DNA from: an uncultured Chitinophagaceae bacterium
GTDB lineage: Bacteria > Bacteroidota > Bacteroidia > Chitinophagales > Chitinophagaceae
DNA: 64,000 bases
Assembly (NCBI GenBank): GCA_963790435.1
Contig: CAWBOI010000006.1
Span: 97,758-161,757 of the forward strand
Direction of reading: 5' to 3'
Below the pieces are notes generated by a model. The model did not search any database. It was not told where the DNA came from and saw nothing but the letters and a program-made list of their open reading frames with translations. Shown one piece after another: positions 39,529 through 49,299 of this stretch. A program made the position numbers and the translations under genes. Every line of letters begins with the position of its first letter. Within the stretch, counting starts at the first letter, position 1.

Positions 39529-42500
39529 ATGCCGCGCTGCTTACACACCATACTGCTGTTTTTGATTTTGCATTTTGCACTCGTTTCGGCTGCCCAAAAG
39601 AGCAACTTGCGCAGCAAAAAAATAAGTGCAAAAACAAATCTTGTTTTGGATAGCTTAAGCATAGTTCCCAATACTTTTTTTATTCGGGATATTGACACTT
39701 CTTTTTATTCGGTTGATTACATCAATGCTATTATTCACTGGAAAAAACCGCCCGGAAAAGATAGTGTAGATGTGGTATATCGCGTGTTTCCATCGCGGCT
39801 GAATGCGCCCATTCATCGCTTTACTTACGATAGCATCCGCAATAATTTTATGGCTGAAAGAAAAACCCTTTCTTCATCATCCAATAACGCTGCTTTATTC
39901 AATTTTGGCAAGCTGAGTTACAACGGAAGTTTTGGAAGAAGCTTAAGTGTTGGCAATACGCAGGATGCGGTTTTTAATTCGCAACTGAATTTGCAAATCA
40001 ATGGTATTATTGGCGACAGCATTGAGATTGCTGCCGCGATAACTGATAACAACATTCCTATTCAACCCGATGGCACAACACAGCAATTGAATGAGTTTGA
40101 TAAGATTTTACTACAATTCAAAAAACGGAACTGGGAAGTTGATTTGGGTGATATTGACCTGCGAAGAAACAATGCTTACTTCCTTAAGTTCTATCAACGT
40201 TTGCAGGGCATTTCCTATCAACAGAGTTTCAACATCAATAAAAAACTTACGGATAATTTAATAGTAAGTGGCGCCATTGAAAAAGGAAAATTTGCCCGCA
40301 ATATTTTGGCGGTTCAGGAAGGTAATCAGGGGCCGTATCGCCTGCAGGGAAACAATAATGAATTGTATTTTGTGGTGCTTGCCGGAACGGAAAAAGTGTT
40401 TATTGACGGCGTACAAATGCAGCGTGGCGAAGATGCAGATTACATCATTAATTACAACACCGCTGAAGTAACGTTTATGCCGCGCCAAATGATAACAAAA
40501 GACCGGCGCGTGCAGGTAGAATTTCAATACGCCGACCGTAACTTTTTGAATTCAATGTTGTATGGCAGCAATACCATTGCGGGCAAAAAGTTTACAGTGA
40601 ATGTTTCGGCATATAGTAATGTAGATGCAAAAAATTCGCCCATCAATCAAACGTTAACTATTAATCAAAAGCAATTCCTTGCCAACCTTGGTGATAGCAT
40701 TCAGAATGCCTACTATCCGGTTGCCGGCTTGGACAGTTTTTCAGCAACAAAAATTCTGTATAAAAAAATAGATACGCTGGTAAATGGTGTTCACGATTCG
40801 GTGTATGTGTATTCAACCAACAGTGATAGTGTGAAGTACAATTTATCTTTTGCAGAAGTCGGAAATAACAAAGGCAATTATGTGTTGGCAGCATCAGCAG
40901 CGAATGGAAAAGTGTATCAATGGGTAGCTCCGCAAAACGGTGTTCCGCAAGGTTTTTACGAGGCGGCTGCTTTTTTGGTAACGCCCAAATCTCAACAAGT
41001 TATTAGTGTGAATGGCGAATACAGATTAGCTGAAAACACAATCATTTCTGCAGAAGTGGCTTCGAGTAAAACTGATGTCAATACATTTTCCGAAAAGGAT
41101 AAAAGCGGTGATGTTGGTTTTGCAGCAAAACTAAATTTGGTGCAAAAACAAACCTGGAAAACGGGGGCAGGAAAGGCTTTGTTTTTTGTTGGTAATGCGG
41201 GTTATGAAAGAGTTGATAAAAACTTTCGTCCGGTGGAACGGTTGCGCTCCGTTGAGTTTACACGAGATTGGGGTTTGCCCCTTATTACCAATTATGCAAC
41301 CGAGCAATTGCCTTCCCTTAACCTGCAACTAAATGATGATAAAAACAACAGCATTCAATACAATTTTGGTTCGTATCTGCGAAGCGATGGTTACAAAGGT
41401 TATCGAAATATCATCACACATTCGCAAAACATAAAAGGCTTTCAGGTAAATGATGTGTTCAATATTACCAACATCAACTTGCCATTGGATAAAGGTTATT
41501 ATTTGCGTCCTTCGGTGGATGTAAGTAAGACGTTATATAAGATGAATCAGTATGTGGTTGGTGCATCGTATTCTCTTGAACACAATGAAATAAAAAACAG
41601 GACAGCCGATACGATAACGCCCGAATCGTTTGCCTTTAAAACCTGGAGCGCATACATCAAAAGCAATCCATCGAAAAGAAACAAATGGTCGTTCACTTAT
41701 TTTACCCGAAGCAATCAATTGCCTGAAGGCAAGTTGCTGGCGCAAACCGACAGAAGCCACAATTATTCTTTTCAAACAGAACTGTTGCAAAACCAGCATC
41801 ACCAGTTTCGTTTGACGGCAACGTACCGGCAATTGCTGGTAAGCGATTCCAAAATCATTTCCGAAACATCGAATAACAGTTTGTTGGGCAGAGCCGAGTA
41901 TGCCATCAATGAATGGAATGGATTGGTAAACGGAAATCTGGTGTATGAAATTGGTTCGGGACAAGAGCAAAAGCGCGATTATTCTTACATTGAAGTGGCT
42001 GCGGGTTTGGGACAATATACATGGATTGATTATAACAAAGATGGCATTGCGCAACTCAACGAATTTGTGCTGGCGCAGTTTCAGGATCAGGCAAAATACA
42101 TCCGCATTTATACGCCTACCAATCAATACATCAAAGCCGATTACAACCAGTTGACTTATAGTTTTTCAATCAATCCAAAAGCTATTTCATCAAAAATTAA
42201 AAACAAGCATTTTAAAAATTTTATCACGCGTTGGGTTTGGCAGTCGTCGTTACAAATGGGGCAAAAACAAACGGCAAGTAATCATCCGTTGTATAATCCG
42301 TTTGCAAAAAGCTTCAATGATAGTTCTCTGCTTTCCTTCAATTCAATCATCAGCAACACGCTCGCTTTTAACAGAAGCAGTCCGGTTTGGGGCGCCGATG
42401 TTACACAGCTTTCTAACTACAACAAAGCCTTGCTGACGTATGGTTTTCAAAGCCGCCGTTTGCACCAATGGAATGCCAAAGCGCATATAAACATTGCGAA

Positions 42501-42984
42501 AGTTTATACTATCGAAGTGGCGCAAAGCATTGGCAACAATAGTTTGCTAACGCCTGCTTTTTCTAACCAGAATTATTTTATTCATCTCTATTCTTTTCAA
42601 CCCAAATTGTCGTACACGGCAGGAACAAAATTCCGTGTACAGGCAAGCTATGCGCTTCAGCAACAAAACAATCAACTGCAGTATGGAGGCGAAGTTGCCA
42701 ATAGCAATGCGTTTAGTATAGAAAGTCGTTACAATGCCGTTAGCAATGGGAGTGTAAACGCAAAGCTTACTATTGATAACATTACTTACACAGGTGCACA
42801 AAACACAACCACCAGTTATATTATGTTGGGTGGATTGTTACCGGGTAAAAATTATTTATGGAACATTTCCTTTACCAAACGGCTTATTAATAATATTGAA
42901 ATCAACTTTGAATATGAAGGCAGAAAGCCCGGCGATTCGCACACCATCAACACCGGTAGGGCAAGCGTGCGTGCATTGTTGTAA
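39529..42984 (+). CDS. Large (1151 aa) Bacteroidota outer-membrane protein of unknown function
   Basis: Signal peptide, extensive amphipathic beta-strands, no recognised catalytic motif. Confidence 0.75.
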   Translation: MPRCLHTILLFLILHFALVSAAQKSNLRSKKISAKTNLVLDSLSIVPNTFFIRDIDTSFYSVDYINAIIHWKKPPGKDSVDVVYRVFPSRLNAPIHRFTYDSIRNNFMAERKTLSSSSNNAALFNFGKLSYNGSFGRSLSVGNTQDAVFNSQLNLQINGIIGDSIEIAAAITDNNIPIQPDGTTQQLNEFDKILLQFKKRNWEVDLGDIDLRRNNAYFLKFYQRLQGISYQQSFNINKKLTDNLIVSGAIEKGKFARNILAVQEGNQGPYRLQGNNNELYFVVLAGTEKVFIDGVQMQRGEDADYIINYNTAEVTFMPRQMITKDRRVQVEFQYADRNFLNSMLYGSNTIAGKKFTVNVSAYSNVDAKNSPINQTLTINQKQFLANLGDSIQNAYYPVAGLDSFSATKILYKKIDTLVNGVHDSVYVYSTNSDSVKYNLSFAEVGNNKGNYVLAASAANGKVYQWVAPQNGVPQGFYEAAAFLVTPKSQQVISVNGEYRLAENTIISAEVASSKTDVNTFSEKDKSGDVGFAAKLNLVQKQTWKTGAGKALFFVGNAGYERVDKNFRPVERLRSVEFTRDWGLPLITNYATEQLPSLNLQLNDDKNNSIQYNFGSYLRSDGYKGYRNIITHSQNIKGFQVNDVFNITNINLPLDKGYYLRPSVDVSKTLYKMNQYVVGASYSLEHNEIKNRTADTITPESFAFKTWSAYIKSNPSKRNKWSFTYFTRSNQLPEGKLLAQTDRSHNYSFQTELLQNQHHQFRLTATYRQLLVSDSKIISETSNNSLLGRAEYAINEWNGLVNGNLVYEIGSGQEQKRDYSYIEVAAGLGQYTWIDYNKDGIAQLNEFVLAQFQDQAKYIRIYTPTNQYIKADYNQLTYSFSINPKAISSKIKNKHFKNFITRWVWQSSLQMGQKQTASNHPLYNPFAKSFNDSSLLSFNSIISNTLAFNRSSPVWGADVTQLSNYNKALLTYGFQSRRLHQWNAKAHINIAKVYTIEVAQSIGNNSLLTPAFSNQNYFIHLYSFQPKLSYTAGTKFRVQASYALQQQNNQLQYGGEVANSNAFSIESRYNAVSNGSVNAKLTIDNITYTGAQNTTTSYIMLGGLLPGKNYLWNISFTKRLINNIEINFEYEGRKPGDSHTINTGRASVRALL

Positions 42985-43225
42985 TCTTATATGAAGGCAA
43001 ACAAAATAAAAAAATCCAATGAAGATAGACGGACGACTTATTAAAACTTCTCCGTGTCCATGCCTATTTTGATAACATAAAGGTAACATCACCCTTTTCT
43101 GTGATTGAAGTGTGGACAAACATTCTACAACTTCCACATCTTTCTCAAACAGCTTTTTTTTAATAGTGATCAGTCTATCAACGACTAAGGTTAACGGCAC
43201 AGTTTTTCAATCAATCTCAATTCCT

Positions 43226-43636
43226 ATGGCAAACACCGATTTTTTTGGTAAAGAACAAGCAGAAGCATCGAAAGAAAAAGAGGTTGTGATTCCTGTAATT
43301 GAAGAAACAATTACGATTGGAAAAACGATAAAAGAAAATGCAATACTGACGGTAACCAAAGAAGTAAGAGAAGAAGATGAAACAGTGGATGTGAGTTTGT
43401 TAAGTGATGATTATACCATTGAGCATGTTTCTGTAAACAGGTATGAAGATGAGGCGCCAAAAGTAAGACACGAAGGCAACACGATGATTGTGCCCGTAAT
43501 AAAAGAAGTGCTGGTAAAACGGTTGCTTGTGGTTGAAGAAATAAGAATTACAAAACGTAGCGTGGAACGCAACGAACAGCATCAGGTAAGATTGCGCAAG
43601 GAAACAGTAAAGGTAGAACGGACGGAAACAAAATAG
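43226..43636 (+). CDS. YsnF/AvaK (DUF2382) domain protein
   Basis: IPVIEETITIGK, VPVIKEVLVKRLLVVEEIRI, VRLRKETV; start at ATG 43226. Confidence 0.85.
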   Translation: MANTDFFGKEQAEASKEKEVVIPVIEETITIGKTIKENAILTVTKEVREEDETVDVSLLSDDYTIEHVSVNRYEDEAPKVRHEGNTMIVPVIKEVLVKRLLVVEEIRITKRSVERNEQHQVRLRKETVKVERTETK

Positions 43637-43686
43637 CGCAAAAACAAATGTGGATTTGATAACCAAATATAAAATCAATTACAACT

Positions 43687-44619
43687 ATGAAACAAACAGT
43701 AGTCGGCTTTTTTAGTAAGTCCAGTGAGGCTCAAGAAGCCGTAAATCAGTTAGTAAATCGTGGCTTCGATAGAAGCGAAGTAGATTTATCAATCGGTAGC
43801 AGTTCTGATGTTACCAACCCCCAAAATTTCAACCTTGACGCCCATGATAAAGATGAACATGAAAGCGGCGTAACCCGTTTTTTCAAAAACCTGTTTGGCA
43901 GCGATGACGATACCGATACAAACGTAAATCGTTATAGCACTGCAGCTCGTGGCAAATCTATTGTTACAGTACATGCCGCTTCAAGCGATGATGCTGAAAG
44001 AGCAGCCGATATTTTAGATCAATACGGCGCCGTTAACGTTGATGAAGATGCAGATGAGTACAACACATACAACACAACTACCGGTGCAGCGCCTGTTGGT
44101 GCGTTTAATGAAACTGCCGGTGCATCTGCCGGTACAACTGACTCTGATGTAACCACTACCGGAATTTACGACAAAAACAAAACCACCGGAATCAGCGACA
44201 GTGATGACATCACAGGGAAAAAATCCATCCCCGTAATTGAAGAAGAATTGCAGGTTGGTAAACGCACAGTTGAAACAGGTGGCGTTCGGTTAAAAAGCCG
44301 CATTGTAGAAAAACCAGTAGAAGAAAATTTGCGCCTGCGTGAAGAACGTGTGTATGTAAACAGAAACACCGTAAACAGAGCCGCAACCGATGCCGACTTT
44401 GATTCATTTAAGGAAGGTGAAATAGAATTGAGAGAACATGCTGAAGTGCCGGTAGTAAACAAAGAAGCACGCATTGTAGAAGAAGTAAGTTTGGGTAAAG
44501 AAACCAACGAGCGCAACGAAACCATCCGTGATACCGTTCGCAAAACAGAAGTAGATGTTGAAAACATTGAAGGTTTAAACAAAGGAACAAAAACAGATAG
44601 CGATTGGAAAGACAGATAA
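43687..44619 (+). CDS. General-stress N-terminal domain plus YsnF/AvaK (DUF2382) domain protein
   Basis: TVVGFF...AVNQL N-terminus; IPVIEEELQVGKRTVETGGV and AEVPVVNKEARIVEEV. Confidence 0.88.
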   Translation: MKQTVVGFFSKSSEAQEAVNQLVNRGFDRSEVDLSIGSSSDVTNPQNFNLDAHDKDEHESGVTRFFKNLFGSDDDTDTNVNRYSTAARGKSIVTVHAASSDDAERAADILDQYGAVNVDEDADEYNTYNTTTGAAPVGAFNETAGASAGTTDSDVTTTGIYDKNKTTGISDSDDITGKKSIPVIEEELQVGKRTVETGGVRLKSRIVEKPVEENLRLREERVYVNRNTVNRAATDADFDSFKEGEIELREHAEVPVVNKEARIVEEVSLGKETNERNETIRDTVRKTEVDVENIEGLNKGTKTDSDWKDR

Positions 44620-44633
44620 GACAGGAAATAAGT

Positions 44634-44665
44634 AAGAGGACTATTGGATAAATAGTCCTCTTTTT
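44634..44665 (+). terminator. Hairpin with T tract
   Basis: aagaggactatt-ggata-aatagtcctctt-ttt. Confidence 0.7.
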
Positions 44666-44701
44666 CTTTTATTCAATTTATTCATAAACACAAGCATTCT
44701 T

Positions 44702-45352
44702 ATGGCAGATCTTGATGTGCAACCAAAGAAAAAAAGCAACTCGTGGCTTTGGTTGCTTTTGTTATTAATTCTTATTCTTTTAATTGTCTTTTTTATGCGT
44801 GGCTGTAACAAAAACGGAACGGCTACCAATACGGCTGATACTACAACTTCAAGAAAAGATACAGGTGCTGCAGTGGCTACAACAACGCCTGCAACAACTA
44901 CAACGCCCGACTGGTCAGACGTTGATAGAAATGCTCCGTCTGTTGCTTATGGTGAAATCACCAATAAAAACATTACAGTAAGAGGCAATGACAATTATGG
45001 CATTTATAGTTTGGGTGAAAACATTTTGTTTGATGAAGGCAAAAGCACCATTCGTAAAGATGCTGAACAAAATTTAAAAGAAGTGGTGGCTTCTATTAAC
45101 AAACGCTTCAATGGCGGTAACCTGCGTGTGTATGGATATACAGATTCTATTGGCTCGAAAGAATCAAATAAAGAACTGGCACAACAACGTGCCGAAGCGG
45201 TGAAGACATGGCTGGCAACCAATGGTGGTTTTGATTCAACCAAAATTTCAATCAATGCCATTGGTGACAATGCACCTGTAGCTACCAATACAACAGAGAA
45301 AGGACGACAACAAAACAGAAGGGTTGAGATTGTTGCCCGCAAAGCAAAATGA
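44702..45352 (+). CDS. OmpA/MotB-like peptidoglycan-binding protein with an N-terminal membrane anchor
   Basis: ILFDEGKS, GYTDSIG, LAQQRAEAV, NRRVEI. Confidence 0.9.
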   Translation: MADLDVQPKKKSNSWLWLLLLLILILLIVFFMRGCNKNGTATNTADTTTSRKDTGAAVATTTPATTTTPDWSDVDRNAPSVAYGEITNKNITVRGNDNYGIYSLGENILFDEGKSTIRKDAEQNLKEVVASINKRFNGGNLRVYGYTDSIGSKESNKELAQQRAEAVKTWLATNGGFDSTKISINAIGDNAPVATNTTEKGRQQNRRVEIVARKAK

Positions 45353-45399
45353 TGAGTTTATTTATCACATAAGATTAATTTGATTCAAAAACAAAATCT

Positions 45400-46284
45400 A
45401 TGACAAACGATATTACAAAAGGTAACCGACTGCAATCTTTAAAGGGCAGCGATTACGAAATTGTTCCCAACGAACCTGACATTCGTGGCTGGGATGTAAG
45501 AGACGAAACCACGCGGCAGATTGGCAAAGTGGAAGATTTAATTTTTGATCCGCAAGCCCGTAAAGTGCGTTACATGGTGGTAAAAGTTGATAAGGCTTAT
45601 GATAAACAATCCAACCGCGATGTGTTAGTTCCTATTGGTTTGGCAAGGCTGGAAAATACGGATGAAGACGCATTTTTACCCCGCATTACAACAGAACAGT
45701 TAGCCGCTTTACCACAGTACAATGGAACGGTTACTACAGAAATGGAAAATACCATTCGCAATGTTTTGGCAGGCGCTGGCGGTGCTGTTTTGATGAACGA
45801 AGCCGCCAACAATGCGGATGAATTTTACAGCCACGATCATTTTAATGAAGCCAATTTATACGGCAAAAACAAAGAAGGTGAAACTATCATTCCGGTGATT
45901 GAGGAAAATATAAATATTGGAAAAGAAACTGTGGAAACTGGTGGCGCATATATACGTTCCAGAATTGTTGAGCAACCCGTTGAACAAACCATTCAGTTAC
46001 AGGAAGAACATGTGCAGGTAGAAAGAACGCCGGTTGACAAGCCAGTTGGCAACACCGATTTTGATGCGTTTAAAGAAGGCGTGATTGAATTAAAAGAATA
46101 TGCTGAAGTGCCGGTTGTAGCGAAAGAAGCACGCGTGGTAGAAGAAGTTGTGATTGGTAAAGAAGTAGCCGAACGCACTGAAACTATTAAGGATACTGTT
46201 CGCAAAACAGAAGTGGAAGTTGAAAATGTAACACCTCAAAATAATACATCTTCAATAAAAAATGATGCAAAAACAAACTTGTAA
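45400..46284 (+). CDS. PRC-barrel plus DUF2382 domain protein
   Basis: DIRGWDV, IGKVEDLIFD, VLVPIG (PRC barrel); IPVIEENINIGK and AEVPVVAKEARVVEEV. Confidence 0.88.
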   Translation: MTNDITKGNRLQSLKGSDYEIVPNEPDIRGWDVRDETTRQIGKVEDLIFDPQARKVRYMVVKVDKAYDKQSNRDVLVPIGLARLENTDEDAFLPRITTEQLAALPQYNGTVTTEMENTIRNVLAGAGGAVLMNEAANNADEFYSHDHFNEANLYGKNKEGETIIPVIEENINIGKETVETGGAYIRSRIVEQPVEQTIQLQEEHVQVERTPVDKPVGNTDFDAFKEGVIELKEYAEVPVVAKEARVVEEVVIGKEVAERTETIKDTVRKTEVEVENVTPQNNTSSIKNDAKTNL

Positions 46285-46306
46285 AGAAGAAGATGGTTTT
46301 TGCATG

Positions 46307-46344
46307 AAAACAAAAGCAGCAACGTACGTTGCTGCTTTTGTTTT
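46307..46344. terminator. Bidirectional terminator
   Basis: aaaacaaaagcagcaacg-ta-cgttgctgcttttgtttt between convergent genes. Confidence 0.88.
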
Positions 46345-46359
46345 TGTATGAATAAAAAA

Positions 46360-47142
46360 CTATGTAATCATTCTGTCCAGATGCGTGTAGCCGCCATCAA
46401 CAAAAATAATTTGCCCCGTGGTGTGTGAAGAACAATCGCTTAGCAAAAAAACAACGGTGTCCGCAATCTCTTTCGGTTGTGTAAAACGATTGCCCAATGG
46501 TATGTGCGATGTGATGTGATGCAAGGTTTCTTCTGCATTGGTTTGGGCTTCAATCCAGGCAGCATATTGCGGTGTATCTACTTCGGCTGGCAACACTGCA
46601 TTTACACGAATTTGGTAAGGCAATAACTCAACCGCCCATTCGCGCGTCAACGCATTCACGCCACCTTTTGCAGCTGCATAACCCGATGTGTTTCCCTGCC
46701 CGGTTACCGATACTTTAGAACCAATGTTTACAATGCTTCCCTTCGTTTTAATAAGATAAGGTAATGCATAATGAGCCATCGTAAAATACTGAACGAGGTT
46801 AGTGCGCAACGATTGCTCAAAGCCTTTTACAGAGCCGGTTTGAAGCCCGATTTTATCATTGGTTCCGGCATTGTTCACCAGGCCATCAATGCGGTTGTAT
46901 TGTTTGATAACGGCATCAATTAAGTGCCTGCAACTTTCTTCTTCCGTAAGCTCAACAACAAGTGACAATGCGGTTTGTTTTTGCCCGATTATTTCATTTG
47001 CCAGCGCACTGCTTTTCTCTTTATTTCTATCGGCAATTACTACAATGCCACCTTCCCTTGCTATCAACCTGCAAGTTGCTTCTCCAATGCCACTCGCGCC
47101 ACCGGTTACAATATATACTTTGTTCTGCAGATGTAAGTTCAT
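46360..47142 (-). CDS. SDR oxidoreductase, L-fucose dehydrogenase-like
   Basis: TGGASGIG, NNAG, YAAAK; translationally coupled (4-nt overlap) to the mutarotase gene. Confidence 0.8.
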   Translation of the reverse strand: MNLHLQNKVYIVTGGASGIGEATCRLIAREGGIVVIADRNKEKSSALANEIIGQKQTALSLVVELTEEESCRHLIDAVIKQYNRIDGLVNNAGTNDKIGLQTGSVKGFEQSLRTNLVQYFTMAHYALPYLIKTKGSIVNIGSKVSVTGQGNTSGYAAAKGGVNALTREWAVELLPYQIRVNAVLPAEVDTPQYAAWIEAQTNAEETLHHITSHIPLGNRFTQPKEIADTVVFLLSDCSSHTTGQIIFVDGGYTHLDRMIT

Positions 47143-47489
47143 ACCTCCGTTTTTGACAGTTCAAAAATAGGCTTCATCAGCACCCATTTTTCTTCTCCTT
47201 TTGCCCAGGGCAAGGCTTGCTGGTATTTCCACATCAGCGTCTCCCATTGTTGCACATTTTCATCAGCAGCATCCATTTCGCTTTTTGTTTTTACATCAAA
47301 ACTTTCGTTCACTTTCATTACCATAAACAAGCGGTTGCCGGTGCGGTAAATGTTCATGCTTTCAATGCCTGCATTTGTGATGCTGTCAACAATTTCTTTC
47401 GGCACATGCTGATGATGTTCTTCATATTCTGCTATGAGTTGTTCATCATCTTTTAAATCGAGTGCAAAACAAAACGTGCGCATGTCCAT
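47139..47489 (-). CDS. L-rhamnose/L-fucose mutarotase family protein
   Basis: ALDLKDD, EYEEHH, IYRTGNRLFM, WETLMWKYQ. Confidence 0.85.
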   Translation of the reverse strand: MDMRTFCFALDLKDDEQLIAEYEEHHQHVPKEIVDSITNAGIESMNIYRTGNRLFMVMKVNESFDVKTKSEMDAADENVQQWETLMWKYQQALPWAKGEEKWVLMKPIFELSKTEV

Positions 47490-47602
47490 TTGTTTTTATG
47501 TTGATTAATAGAATAGTCCGAAAGTTAGAAAGTCCGTAAGTCCGAAAGTAAATGCTTGAGGCTTGTTCCTTGTTCCTTGAACCTTGTTTCTTATCTCTAT
47601 CC

Positions 47603-48259
47603 CTATAATCGTTCTAAATGCAAAGCACTAAAGTTTTGAAGGGATGATAATTTCAAATCGGCGGCGCCCCAGCGCTCTTCTTTGTATTGCTTATAATCGG
47701 GCACTACAACGCATTTCATTCGTGCGGCTTTAGCAGCAATCATTCCATAAAACGAATCTTCGAAAGCAACACAATGAGAGGGTTGTGATCCTAAAGTTTC
47801 TGCACAGTTTAAATATACCTGCGGATGCGGTTTCGGATACGGCAAATCGTGCCCAGATGCCGTACCATTTACATATTCTTTAATGCCACTTCTTTCCATC
47901 ACTAACTGAATGAGTGAATCGGGTGAAGAAGAAGCAATGCCAATCTTAAAACGGAGCGAATAAAACAAATTGAATACATGTGTTACACCCGGCATCATGT
48001 TGAAATTTTCATCAATCAATTCCAACGCACGGTTTATGATTTTATCTTCAGCAACCGGTTCTTCTTTTTTATCAATGTTGAAATGGTCAAACCACCAATG
48101 TACATATTCGCGAACCCGCAAACCCGTGGTGATAATGTGCTGCTCCGGCGAAAGGCGAAACCCATAGTGTTTAAATACATCATTGGCAGCCATTCCCCAT
48201 ATGGGTTCGCTATCAATGAGCAAACCATCCATGTCAAAAATTACTGTGTTCAGTTTCAT
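47603..48259 (-). CDS. HAD-family phosphatase (HxpB-like)
   Basis: FDMDGLLIDSE, KPHPQVY, AFEDS. Confidence 0.88.
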   Translation of the reverse strand: MKLNTVIFDMDGLLIDSEPIWGMAANDVFKHYGFRLSPEQHIITTGLRVREYVHWWFDHFNIDKKEEPVAEDKIINRALELIDENFNMMPGVTHVFNLFYSLRFKIGIASSSPDSLIQLVMERSGIKEYVNGTASGHDLPYPKPHPQVYLNCAETLGSQPSHCVAFEDSFYGMIAAKAARMKCVVVPDYKQYKEERWGAADLKLSSLQNFSALHLERL

Positions 48260-48276
48260 GCCATCAAAAAGAAGTG

Positions 48277-48284
48277 CAAAGATA
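48277..48284 (-). promoter_or_regulatory. -7 element (HAD gene)
   Basis: TATCTTTG about 18 nt upstream of the ATG. Confidence 0.6.
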
Positions 48285-48316
48285 ATCTGACTATGAGCTT
48301 ATATAAAGCGTTTACA

Positions 48317-48361
48317 AAAACAAAAAGCTGTCTTGTAGGAAACAAGACAGCTTTTTGTTTT
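48317..48361. terminator. Intrinsic terminator after the SIMPL gene
   Basis: aaaacaaaaagctgtcttgt-aggaa-acaagacagctttttgtttt. Confidence 0.85.
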
Positions 48362-48375
48362 ATCGAAATAATTTA

Positions 48376-49110
48376 TTACAGCAAAGCAAACACAACATTT
48401 GCTTCGTATTCAATTTTCATCTTTTTAAAATCAACGTTCATCGCAGGTTCGTTATCATCAGCATTTGCGATTTTGGCCATTGCAAACAAAGGACGTGGGG
48501 GATTATCGCCCAGTTCATTCGGCTCAGTAATGGTAACGGCATCACCTACTTTTTCATTTATAGCAGACGCTAACGCAATGGCTTTTTCGCGTGCTGCTTT
48601 GATGGCTTCCTGTTTCATTTTTAAAGACAACTCTTCACGCTTGCTGTAATCGGTTTTGGCAATGTAAAAGTTCTGCGTGGCTTCATCATCCAGTTTGTTC
48701 ACTAATTCATCCATTCTTTTCAGGCTGGCCACTTTTACCCAATAAGTAATGCCGGCTTTCAAATCGGGGTTTTGCTTTTTGTTTTTCTTGTATTGATAGA
48801 TGGTTCCATCATAACCCTGGTAGCTTTGTACAACAACATCCGTATCGTTCAAGCCCAAACTTTTGCAAGCCGATAGAAAATTGTTTTTTATGGTTTCAAT
48901 ATCCACTTTGCCAGCCCCTTTTTTATCGTATTCCCGGAGGGTAACGGCTATATAAATTTGGTCGGGCACAATTTCAATTTTTGCATTACCCGTGGCTGTA
49001 ATGGTTCGTTGCATAGGAACATTGTTTTGTGCCTTCGAAGAAAGAAAGAAAAGACTGGCTGCAATAAAGAGAAATGCAAATTTGCCCATTGTTTGTTTTG
49101 TTGTTTTCAT
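48376..49110 (-). CDS. SIMPL (DUF541) periplasmic protein
   Basis: ITATGNAKIEIVPD, AIKAAREKAIALA; signal peptide. Confidence 0.85.
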   Translation of the reverse strand: MKTTKQTMGKFAFLFIAASLFFLSSKAQNNVPMQRTITATGNAKIEIVPDQIYIAVTLREYDKKGAGKVDIETIKNNFLSACKSLGLNDTDVVVQSYQGYDGTIYQYKKNKKQNPDLKAGITYWVKVASLKRMDELVNKLDDEATQNFYIAKTDYSKREELSLKMKQEAIKAAREKAIALASAINEKVGDAVTITEPNELGDNPPRPLFAMAKIANADDNEPAMNVDFKKMKIEYEANVVFALL

Positions 49111-49299
49111 ACTGTTCGTTTTTATTGAAGGATAAAATGCAAATCAGAATGCGATTACACAACAATGTTAGTGATAAACGATTGTCTTAACACATTATTT
49201 GCAGGAAATGGATTTTGCTGCTTTTGTTTTTGCCGATATTTTAGTTTGTTGCACAAATGATTTATCAATTTGATTGCTTATTTTCTTTTTATTTTGAGT

